DNA from: Marine Group III euryarchaeote CG-Epi1
GTDB taxonomy: Archaea > Thermoplasmatota > Poseidoniia > MGIII > CG-Epi1
Reading direction: 5' to 3'
Assembly: GCA_001875345.1 (NCBI GenBank)
Contig: MIZA01000019.1
Span: 1,579 to 65,578 of the forward strand
DNA length: 64,000 nucleotides
The notes under the pieces are model-generated. The model did not search any database. It was not told the origin of the DNA and was given only the letters and a program-made list of their open reading frames with translations. The position numbers and the translations under genes were made by a program. The first letter of the stretch is position 1. Every line of letters begins with the position of its first letter. Positions 1 through 12,600 of this stretch are shown here, piece by piece.

Positions 1-1
1 T

Positions 2-610
2 TCAGACGCCCACAGAAACGGCTGGAACAATGTAATTATTGACACTACTCTCGATGATTTGTCAATAGACTCAAATTCTAGACTGTTAGAGAAAGAAGAA
101 GTAGAAATTTCAGTAACATCTAATGGAACTTATGTTTGGAATAGAGTTAATACAACCATAGATTCTGATAGGAAAGCAAATGCAGGACTTAATTCCTTTT
201 GGGCAGGGGACAGTAATGAGGATACATATCTAGACTCTTGGTCTGGTTCTTTCAAGCAAAAGTCAGATATTTCATTGCCTAGCGGTGGAGTTGGTGAAAC
301 TAGAATTTTAGAGATAAAAACATGGTATGAGACTGAAAATACTTATGATGGTGGCCAAGTTTACATAACTAAGAATTCCGGTTCAACTTGGCAATTAATT
401 ACTCCGATAGGTGGCTATGATGGCTCATTTAGTGGAGATTGTGGCTCGACCGGTGCCTTTATGGGCGATAAATCAGGATTAGGTTGGCAAACTAAAAGAT
501 TTAATTTAACAGATTATAGAGGAGAAGATATTAGATTGAAATTCACATTCTGTAGCGATGGTTCAGAAAGTGACTTTGAAGGCTGGTATGTTGATGATAT
601 CAAGATAATT
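2..610 (+). other. N-terminal beta-sandwich (jelly-roll, 'GWYVDD'-type) domain of giant protein
   Basis: Asp-box-like ITKNSGSTWQLI, followed by DYRGEDIRLKFTFCSDGSESDFEGWYVDDIKI (nt ~520-610). This is the strand pattern typical of secreted jelly-roll recognition domains. Confidence 0.4.
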
Positions 611-3600
611 AAGGCTGCAGATGAATCAGTAGTCACTTACTCTGAAGGATTTGAAAGAATAGGTTACGGCTGGATTGCTCAGAATATGGCGGGAGAAGTT
701 AATTGGGAAGCTGAAGGTACACAAATATATTCAGGGATAAATAATGCGGATGTTTATGTTGCAGACGGAAATAGTGCGTCAATAATAATGAACAAGACAT
801 CTAATTCTAATCTTGTTAATTACTATAAATTTGATGAAAATAGTGGTAATTACGCTTACGATACAGTAACTCCAACTCATTCAGCTTATCTATACAGTGG
901 AGCTACTTTTGCATCTGGCAAATTTGGTAATGCAATAAGTTTTGATGGTACTAATGATTATGCAAGAAATACTCAATGTAATACCGTAGGTGGTTGTAAT
1001 GGTTATGATCATTACTCAATGTCAGTTTGGGTTAAATTTGACTCATTTCCTACTGGTACAGCTTACGAGGGTATTGCTAATTTCAGATATGATGCTGATG
1101 CGTACTTGGCAGTAAATTCAGATGGCAATCCTGTGTTCGGAGCTTATTTCTGGGGTACACCTTCAGGTGACCATAAGATTGAAGCTTCGACAGAAATGGT
1201 CACTGGCGTTTGGTATCACATAGCTGGTACTTGGAGTGAAGATTCGGATAAGCTGAGAATATACGTAAATGGAACTCTTGATGGTACTAACACTTTGTCT
1301 GGTACTACAGCCTATATGAGGTACAGTCAAAGTTATAACTATATCGGAAAATGTGTAACTTCAAGTACATCCTGTAACGGTGGCAACATGGATGGTATGG
1401 TAGATAATCTAGCCATATTCAATTCAGAATTATCTTCATCTCAAATTAAAGCATTGCATGAAGATCCTCTAGGTACCAATTCAGTTCTATACAAAACATC
1501 TCATTTTGGTGGTTCAGATTCAAAAACGAATAGCCAAGGTAAAATTGATAATTTATTTATTCTCAAGAAAATTTATGATGGAAGCTCATCAGGTACTAGC
1601 TACAAACCATATATTGGATTTCATCAAGGTTCGTGGACTGAAGATCCTAGAGAGGTAACTATATCCGGAGGCGAGCATTCGGGTAAACTTCCAGATAGTA
1701 GGGTTTACAATAGAAACAAAGGCAAATTGTATTATTCAATATCAGAAGCTGCATCTGATGCATCTACTCAACATGTTATCGAGGTTTGGCCAGGTCATTT
1801 CAAAGAAAATGTTTACATTAACCAAAGACTTTCAATAATTGGTTCAGGCCCTTCAAGAACAATTGTTAACGGTAGATATTTGGAAAGTCCATTTACGTTT
1901 GATAGCAGTAGTGACAATTCGGTAATAAAGAATTTAGCAGTCATCAATAGTAAAAATACAACTAGTTGTTGCGGAACAAGCTCTATGTCGGGAGGAATTG
2001 AGATTGCTTTCTCGTATGATATGGTTATAGACAACATAAGGGCAGATAGCTATATCGGAATTATGGCATATTATGCAAATGATTTAGTTATTAAAAATTC
2101 CAAAATAGTTTCAACTTCTACAACTCATTATTATGGAGTTAAAATTTACCAGCAACAAGATTATACATTGACTAATAATGAAATTTCGAATTATAGAGAA
2201 GGTGTACGTGTAGAATATACATATCAAGGTTTTGACCTTGAGAACAATTACATTCATAATAATACGAGCTATGGTCTTTACACTTATTATACAGCAACTA
2301 CAAGTGCTAGATCTAATCCCTTTAACATAGTTGGCAATCGATTTGTAGATAATAACTACGGGATTTACAAGGCAGATTCAAGTAGCTCTTATGGATATTC
2401 CTACCACATCAAAGATAATTTATTCAAGAGTAGCACTTGGGATGGAATCTACAGTAACTATTACTCGAGGGAATGGATAGTTGAGAATAATACTTTTGAT
2501 GGAGATGATGATCAAAGATATGGTCTTTATCTCAACAGGTACTCTTACCAGAGTGTATTTGGAAATAATACTTTTTCAGACCACACTAGTAATGACATTT
2601 ATTTCTATTATTGTACTTGCACAGGAACAAATGCAGTAAAATTCTTTAGCAATTCATATTCTTCAATTAGTGTTGTTAGTACTGCATTAATCAATGTTTA
2701 CAATAATCTCAATATTAGAACGTTGGATGAAGACAATAATGCTTTTTCAAATGTTGATTTAGAAATTAAAGATAGTGTAAGTACTTATTACAAAACGGCA
2801 CATTGGGGAGGTAGCGATTCTAAAACAGATTCTAGCGGATATGTATCTTCACCAGAATATATTCGTTCAGGCTATTACAGTAACTCAGCAACATTAGTGG
2901 ATAATACAATTACTGTGAAAATAGCATACGGAGTGAGAGCAAAGACGACATCATTCACATTTGACTCAGACGGTACCAAGAATATTGAAGTACCTAACAA
3001 CTTTAAGCAAGGAGTAATTGAGAACAAAGAAACTGAAACATTGTACTCAAGTTTTTCTTCAGCAGTTAGTGCAGCTAGCGCAGGTGACGTGCTCCAGCTG
3101 TGGGCATGGAATTATAACAATCTGGAAGTAACAAAAGGTGTTATTCTAAGAGGAAACTCAACTACTACTGCAATTGTTGACGGTGGTTCTTCAGATCATG
3201 CAATTGAGGTAAAATCGAACTCAGTTAAAATTGAAAATTTGACTTTGCAAGGTTCATCAGATAGCATACTCTTTGCTGGAAATTACAACAATCTAGAGCT
3301 TCAAAACTTAACGATTAGTGATATAGGTAGTGATAATGGAATACATTTCGATGGTACAAGCAGTTCGACAATATCTAATGTTACAGTAAACTCAACAAAG
3401 AGAAAAGCAATATTGTTTGAAGATGTAACCAGTATTACCGTTAAAAATAGTTTTTTCAAGAATTCATCATCATCACACGGATTTGAGATTAGTGATGGAA
3501 GTAGTTCAGTAATTTTAGATAATGTATTTATCCATAATGCAGGATATGACGGTTCATCAGCATACGGATTGTATGTTTCAGGCAGTTCAGCAGTTACAAT

Positions 3601-6600
3601 TAAGAATAACACCAAGGTGGCAAGTAGTAAAAGTTATGAATTTTATGCTAACGGCGCTTCTTCTCTTAAGGTACAAAATTCCACATTTATAGGTCCTAAC
3701 ATTGCTCTCGTTGAAGACTCAGATGGATTTTTAATTGAAAAGTCAACTTTCAAAGATTCGTCTAGTGGAGATTATGGCGTTTACATCAAAAATACAGATA
3801 GTGGTACTTTCAAAGATAATAAAATATTGAATTCGGCTTCCGATGACGGCTCAGATTATGGTGCATTATACCTCACTGGTTCAAAAACTAATCTATTACA
3901 GAATAATACAATTACTAACTCAGGTCGAAGTGGAATTCATCTAAAATCAAGTTCAACAGATAATAAAATTTATTCAAACACAGTATCTTCAAGTTATTTT
4001 TCAGGATTATATGTTCAATCTTCAGATAGGTCTATTGTTAGAAATAATTCTTTTTCAAGTTCAGGAGATAATGGAATTAAGGTATCCAGTTCTGACGGAA
4101 GTATAATTGATAACAATACATTAAGTTCGAATACAGATTATGGCCTTTACATTTCAAATTCTGACGATATGATTGTAAAAGGCAATACAGCTTCAGACAA
4201 TAATGCAGGAATGTATCTTTCTGCCTCTGATGATGCAACGATTTCAAGTAATACCGTAGATGATCATGCTTCTTATGGAATTTATTTTACAGACTCAAAG
4301 AGGCTTAGGGTAAAACACAATGAAATTAAGAATAGTCTAGGAGATGCAGTTTATCTCTCATCAAATTGTGACTCAGCTTTTATCGATAATAATACCATAA
4401 AAAGTAATGGAAATTCAGACAGTGGCAGATCTCTGAGAGTATTCGAAGTAGAAGATTCAACATTTTACAATAATACAATCGATTCTAATGACTACTCCGG
4501 AATTGTACTTACTGAATCTTCAAATAATAAGATTGTACATAATGTTATCAAAGGTAATGGAAAGTATGGTATCCAAATTCTTAATGATGCAACGAAGTCC
4601 GCAAACAATACAATAAAAGATAACACAATCAATGACAACTCGGATATTGCAATTTTTAATCACGGAATATTTACAACTATTTTCAATAATACAATTAAGT
4701 ATAATGAGCTAGACGGGATCAAGATTGCTTCAGGTGGTGCACGTACAACAATAGATAGTAATAATCTAGTTGATAATGAAGGTAAAGCAATTGCAATTTT
4801 AGCTAATAATGTTATAATTAAATCTAATACTATTGATGGAGATTCTTCGGAAATAGCAGTTTCTATATTGAATGCAAACTCAGCATCTATCGAGAATAAT
4901 ACAATTGAGGGTGGAAGTCAAGGTATCAAGGTTCAAAATGGTTCAAATGCTTTCATTTACAAAAATACAGTAAAGTCTAATTCAGGTTATGGAATTTATT
5001 TGTTAATTAATTCAGTTTCAGGGGATGTTAAGCACAATACACTAACAGATAACGAAGATCATGCTATGGCAATCTCTGCGTCTAATTCTACTGAGATTTA
5101 CAATAATACGGCAAAAGAAAACGCAGGATATGGCCTTTACTCAATCAATTCCAAGCTTCTAGTAGTCAAAGGAAATACTATTGAAGATAACGATGGTGGA
5201 ATAAAATATAATAATTGTGATTATTGTAACTTAACTTTCAATAAAATTGATGATAACGGCGGATACGGACTTTGGTTTTTGTCCGGATCAGATAATAATA
5301 CAATTAAGCACAATACTGTTTCAGATAGTAGTACTAAAGATGTTTATCTACAAGGTTCGACAGATAACTCAGCTTTTAATTTTACATTTACCTCTATAGG
5401 TGTAGATTCAACATCTAAATTGACAATAACAGCTAACCTTGCCATTGTCTTCGAGGATGACGATGATGATGGTTTCCCAGGAATAGACTTTGCATTGACT
5501 AGTGACGGTGTTACAAAGTACTCTACACCTTTCTACGGAGGTTCAGATTCTGTATCTGATTCTAACGGAGCAGCAGGCGCTACTTTCTCTCTCGTATACA
5601 GGGTATATGACGGCAGTTCAACCCCAACTAATATTCCAAATATATTAAAATATCATTATGGTGTAAGAAGTAAAGAAAAATCAATAGATATGAGTACATC
5701 TCATACCGAGACAGTTTCAGTTCCATCATATTGGGTGAAAGGTCTTGTCAAGAACATTAACAGTGGTTCAACTTGGTATAAGATTCAAGATGCAATTGAT
5801 AATGCATCCTCAGGTAATACGTTACATATTTGGGCTTGGACCTACACCGAGAACGTTGAAGTCGATGAAAGTATAATTATTATCGGTAATGGAACAGCTA
5901 ATACAACACTTAATGCAACAGGAGGTAAAGGATTTGATTTAACTTCAGATGATATATCACTCAGTAATGTAAAAATTATTGACTGTGGAGATACAGCCAC
6001 CTATAATGGAGTCCAGGCGGCTGGCGATGACTCAACAATAGAAAACATAATTGTAACAGGTTGTAGTCATGGAATTTCAGCAGGCGGTTCTGGAATTTGG
6101 GTAGGAAACTCGAGTTTAACCAACAATAGTGGTGCAGGAATCAATGTTTGGAGTGGAGAAACATCAACATCAGCAGTTAAACTTTACAATAATTTATTAA
6201 CATTAAATCAAAATGGAATTTATTCTGACGAAGACGATGTAGTTATAAAATCAAATAATATTAGAAATAATACCGCAAATGGAATTTACTTAAGTAATGC
6301 AGCAGACGCAGTTATTTCAGGAAATACTATTGTCGACAATCCTGATGGAATTGAAACAACTAATAGTTCTCCGAGAACTGTTATTAAGAATAATGTAATT
6401 TCGGATTCTAGTTCAAATGGAATTAAGATAAGCTCAGCAAACTCGAATAATGTAGTATTTGAAAATAATACAATATCAAGTAGTAACGTATACGGAATAT
6501 TTATCAATCATTCAGATAACATTTACTTAGGTAACAATACAATATCTTCTAGCGGGAATAAAGATATTAGGTTTAACAAGGCAACTGTTGGTAATTCAGG

Positions 6601-9600
6601 AAAAGGTAATACTTTTTTAACAATTCAAATGGATGGTAGCGCTTATTTTGCTTTATTCAATGATTTGACTTTGAAATTTATGCAAGATGAAACCACTGGT
6701 TTCTCAGAATTAGATGTTAAGATTATTTCTGATGGATCTACTAGATATTCAACTTCAGGCTATGGAGGTTCAGATTCAAAAACTAATACTAACGGGCTGT
6801 TATCTAGAGACTTTGAATTCAAATATAATGAATACGATGGAAGTTCTACACCAAGTGTAGTTTACACCAACATATCATATCAATACGGAGTTAGGGCAAA
6901 AGAAGTTTCAGTTAACATGACAACATCACATACCGAAACTATTACAGTTCCTAGCTTTTGGAAGAATGGTTTAGTTCATAATTTGAATAGTGGAGTCAAA
7001 TATTCTACAATTCAGGATGCTATAGATGGAGCTTCCTCCGGAGATGTCCTGCAATTATGGGCTTATGAGTACGTTGAGCATGATATCGAAGTAACTGAAC
7101 GCGTTACCTTGGTAGGTAATAGTACTTCATCAGTAATAGTTAACGGAACTTGGTCAGATTCAATTTTTGATATTACTACAAACTCAATTGTTCTAAAGAA
7201 TATGACCATTGAAAGTAGTGCAAACGGAACAACTAAAGAATGTATTGAAGTATCCTCAGGTAGTGGTATTGTAATTAAGAATTTAATACTCAAAAATTGT
7301 TACAATGGTATTGTCGTAAATACAAGTAATGTTGATATTACTAATGTAACTGTACAAGATTCAGCTAAAGATGGAATAGTGGCAAGTGCTAGTAACATTG
7401 ATATTTCCAATGTAATTGTTAAGAATTCAGGTGACGACGGAATAGTAATAAGTTCATCATCAACTACTCTTGAAAATTCTACAATTCAGAATAATGCAGA
7501 TGATGGTATTGTTCTTGTTGCTAATGCCTTTATTTATAAAAATATAATAAAATCTAACTCGGGTATTGGAATTAATATCGGTGAAGGTTCAGATTATGCA
7601 AGAATATTATCTAATACAATTGATGATAACGACGGGCACGGTGTTTACGTATATGAATCACACCATGTCAAACTAACTAATAACGTAATCGAAGATAATG
7701 AAGACTATGGATTAGAATTGCGTTTTGCTAATTTCACTCAAATCCACAACAATTCTGTAGATGACAACGATGGAGGCATCAAGTTTGTTTCTACAAAGTA
7801 CAGTAACATAACAAAATCATCATTCAATGATAACAATGGTAGAGGAATATGGTTTACTTCAAGTTCAGACAGTAATAATATTAGAGATAGTTCAGCTTCA
7901 GGAAGTACTGACGACGATCTTGAGTTAGATAGCTCTAGCAAAAATACTGGATTCAATTTTACTTTTGGAGATGGTAGTATTGATGTTGACTCAGATTCAG
8001 ATTTCCGTTTGATGAATTCTCTGAACATTAGATTTGTTGATGAAAATGGTGACGCCTTTTCCGGATTAGATATTGAATTGTTCAATCACGATACAGTGCT
8101 CTACGCTACAGACTTCTTTGGAGGTTCTAAAGCAACTTCGAATTCCACAGGTTATATTGCTGAAGAACTAACTGTAGCTTACGAAATTTACAATGGTAGT
8201 TCAACAACTGAAGATGTAGATACCACACTTCAGTATCACTATGGTGTAAGAGGCAAAACCAAGCAAATAGATATGAGTTCATCTCATACGGAAACTATCA
8301 CCGTACAATCCTACTGGACTAAAGGACTTGTTAAGAATACAAATACTGGAACTAACTATTACAAGATTCAAGATGCAATAGATAATTCATCTGTAGAGGA
8401 CATATTACATGTTTGGGCTTGGACTTACAATGAAAACATTGAAATTGATGAGTCTATATCTGTGATAGGTAACGGAACTTCTAATACAACAATAAATGGT
8501 ACTTGGAATAGAATAATAACAATTTCATCTGATGAAGTTACAGTTAAGAATTTGAAATTAGTCTCAGGTTCTAATACTACTTCCTTAGTTTACATAGATG
8601 CCGAATATGCAATTTTAGAGGGATTGGAAATCCACGGAGGATATCAAGCAATTGAAGTTAAGTCTAGGTACGCTAAAATATCAGATTCTCATGTGTCTGG
8701 ACAGAGTTATTCAGGAATTCAAGTTAAGGCCCAAGGTCTTAACTTAGAAATCGCTAATTCAATCATAAGAAATAGTGAAAGTAATGGTATTTATGTAGAA
8801 TTAGGCGCTAATTATGTAGATATAAATAATAATTCTATTCACAATAACAGCGGTTCAGGAATTAGATTCCAAAGTGCAGCTTCATCTTTAAAGGATAATG
8901 TAGTTGTAGATAATGATGACTGGGGAATACAGATCAATGGCCGTACAGCAGATGATATAGACAATGTAGTTACAAACAATACCATTTTAAGAAATGGAGA
9001 TGGATTAAAGTTGTTCAAACAAGATTCAGTTCTTTACTCAAATATAATTAAAGATAATGATGGATTTGGATTACAGATAGATACTTCTCAAGACATTTAT
9101 ATTTGGAATAATACAATATCAGAAAATGACGGTACTGATATTGGCATGAGTACAGGTTCCTCAGCATATTCTATCGGAACTAGTTTCAGTACAATTAGTG
9201 TTTCAAGTGACTCTATACTAACGCTCAAGTCATATATTGATTTGAACGTAACAGACGCTCGTGGGTTGAATATTTCCGGAATCGATATTAGGATTAAAGA
9301 AGGAGATTCGGTAAAATACAGTACAGATTATTTCGGAGGCAATGATCCTAAGACAGATAACAATGGAACCATAGCTACTTTCTTAATAAATTCTAAAGAG
9401 TACGACGGTAGCTCAACTCCAACTATAATTCCAACTTCAGTTTCTGCAAGGTCTAATGATTGGGTTGAGACGAATACGTTTGACCCAGCCAATTCAATAG
9501 AAATAACAGTACCAGATCTTAGAGTTTTGAATACAAGATTGGATGATTCACCTCTCTACTATAATATTCAAACAGCTATCGATAACGCTGATGAAGGCGA

Positions 9601-12600
9601 TACAATTCACGCTTGGAGCGGCATCTACTTCGAAAACATAGAGATTAGCGATGAAATTACTCTAAAAGGTAACGGAACTTCGACAATTATCAATGGAACT
9701 TCAGGAACAGCAATAGAAATAAATGATAATGACATAAGTGTTGAGGACTTGCTGATTATTTCATCTGAAAAGGGAATATTCCTAAATGCAGCTAATGACA
9801 TTACGATAAGCACAATCAGATTCACAGGAAATGAGTATGCGATTTACATTGAAGATTCACAAAGTGCTTTGATAGATAACAATGAATTTGATTTAGAGGA
9901 ATATGGAATATACTTTACAGGCTCTTCCTCTGGCGCTACAGTAGAATATAACAAGTTTAGAAATGCTACGGAATCTGCAATTTATCAGTCAGAATCGGAT
10001 GAAAATGGCGGTACTAGTATACACGATAATATGTTCAATGATTGTGCAATAGGCTGGCAATCAGGTAGCGGTAGTAACACATTTAGCTCAAATGCTCTGA
10101 AAGATAACAATTACGGAGTGAGATTAACCGGAATAGAATCTTACAATAACATGCTAGATTCTAACTCATTTGATGATTCTATTGTGGCCGTTTATATCTA
10201 TAATACAGCTCACGATAACAATTTATTCAATAATGAGTTTGATGATTCTGATAATTCAGATATTAAACTGAGTGATTCTTCTGACACGGTTTCCTTCAAC
10301 AATACATTCTCAGATGTCTCAGTTTCATCTGATGCTAATATGTGGATAAAGGTGTACATTGATGTAACCGTCTACGATAATTCTAGTAATACTTTTGAAG
10401 GAGCAGATATTGAGGTCAAGCAAGATAATCTAGCCCTTTATTCTACAGCTTATTTCGGAGGTAGTGATGATAAGACTAATTCCTCAGGACAAATAGATAC
10501 TTTCCTTGTAGCAACTGATCAGTATAACGGAAGTTCAACACCTTCTGAAGTAATAACTACTGTAACTGCAAGATATTCAGATTGGATAAATGCTGAGACT
10601 TATGATGTTGAAGCTTCAATTACAATTGAAGTTCTTGATTTTAGGGTATACAACGAAGATACTGAGGAACTTTTCTATTCTATAAATGGTGCAATTGCAG
10701 GATCCTTTGATGGTGACACTATTCAAGTGTGGGAAGGAACTTTCAGAGAATTAGTTTTAGTAGACAAAGAACTAACCATAGTCGGTAATGGTACATCTAA
10801 GACGGTAATTAATGGAACATTCTCAGGTAACACAGTTACTGTAGAATCTAACGAAGTTTCAATTTCCGATTTGGCCATTGTAGCAAGTAGCTCAACTGGT
10901 TCTGGACTTTACGTTGAAGGTGGAGATGGCCAGTTCATTAATCTAAGATTGTCATACAACAACATTTCGTATCAATCTGTTGAAGATTTTAATGAAATTA
11001 AGGAATCTGATATTAGAAACAATAATCTCGGTATTTTACTTTCAGGTGATAATAATATTATCAATAATAATGAGTTTAGTGATAATAACATAGGAATAGA
11101 GCTAAATGAAGAGTGTGAAGACGCTACAATAGAGCATAATGAGATTAGCGATAGTTTACAAAGTGGAATGTTCATTAATAAAGCTGAAACTAACGTAATT
11201 AAGTTTAATAATATCAATAACAACTCCGGTTATGGCATACATTCATACTCAGCTAGTGAGAATCACATATTTTCTAATGATTTGAGCTATAATTCTGATA
11301 TTTCTCTATACTTAGAGTCTACAGGAAATTCATCGATACACAATAATACTTTCATTGGAAATGATGATTATCCGGCAACTGTTACAGATTCGTATTATAA
11401 TGTAATCAGAGATAACAAGTTTGTAGCTAATGATGATTATTTCCAGTTCTTTGAAGCTGGCGGTTACAATTCATTAGTAAACAATACATTTGATGAAAGT
11501 GGAATTATTTTAGAAGATTCTAATAATCAAATAATATCTGACAATACAATTTCCGAATCTTCCGAAAATGGAATTAAAATCTATAAATCAAGCTCAAATA
11601 ATTATCTTTCAGGTAACACAATATCCGATTCAGATGATGAAGATATTTACATTGGTGGAAGTGGTTATCAGAGAAATAATCGAGGTTATGATAACATATT
11701 TAGCACCATTGAAGTGCAGAACAATGGTCAGTTTATTCTAATGGATTACGTGAATGTTAGAACAGAAAATTCAGAGGGCAACATGTCCGGAAACGATGTC
11801 CAGGCAGTATACAATTCGGAAATTTTCTATGCTTCTGAATATTTCAGCGGCAGTGACCCTTTAACTGATGACTCTGGCCTAGTACCTGATTTCCTTGCTC
11901 CAGTAGAGGAGTACAATGGTAGTTCCACTCCAGATGAAATTCTTACAACAATCACAGTAAGATATGTTGACTGGATAAATTTATTTGAAATGGATGCTTC
12001 GGATGATACTTCCTTGTCTGTATTCGTTCCAGACTTGAGAGTCAAGAACATTAATACTGGTGAAGAATCTTATCACATTCAAACATCAGTTAATAATGCC
12101 GGTCAATCTGATACAATTATTGTTTCAAATGGGACTTATTTTGAGAACGTAGTTCTAAATGTTCAGAAAATAACCTTAAGAGGACCTTATGCAAATCAAT
12201 TGAATGAAAATGTAATTATTGATTCACAAGATAATGGAATAGCAGTTACAATTTCGAAGGCTGAAATTAAGTTATTTGGATTTAATATTACTAATTCTCA
12301 TGAAGAAGAGGACGTTTTCACATCTTCTGCTGTAAGAGTTCTTTCCAATGGTAATACACTATCATTCAATAAAGTGACTAATTCATATGCAGGAATATTG
12401 CTTGAAGATACCTCAGATAATACGATTTCATACAATTCAATTGATGATGTCGACTTCGGAATCGTGTTGACTAAAGCAGATGATAATCAAATTAGGTACA
12501 ATACAATATTAGATTCTGAAGAGAATGATATCGAATTAACAAATACAGGATACTCCACAGGTTCTTCGGGAAATACTATAAGTCACAATGAAGAAATCGG

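Noticed and set aside
59-61. TTG at 59 as the start codon of the giant ORF (as in the ORF track)
   Set aside because: The frame is open from nt 2 with sensible sequence upstream. No TATA-like box, signal peptide or TM segment follows the TTG. The gene almost certainly starts outside the window.
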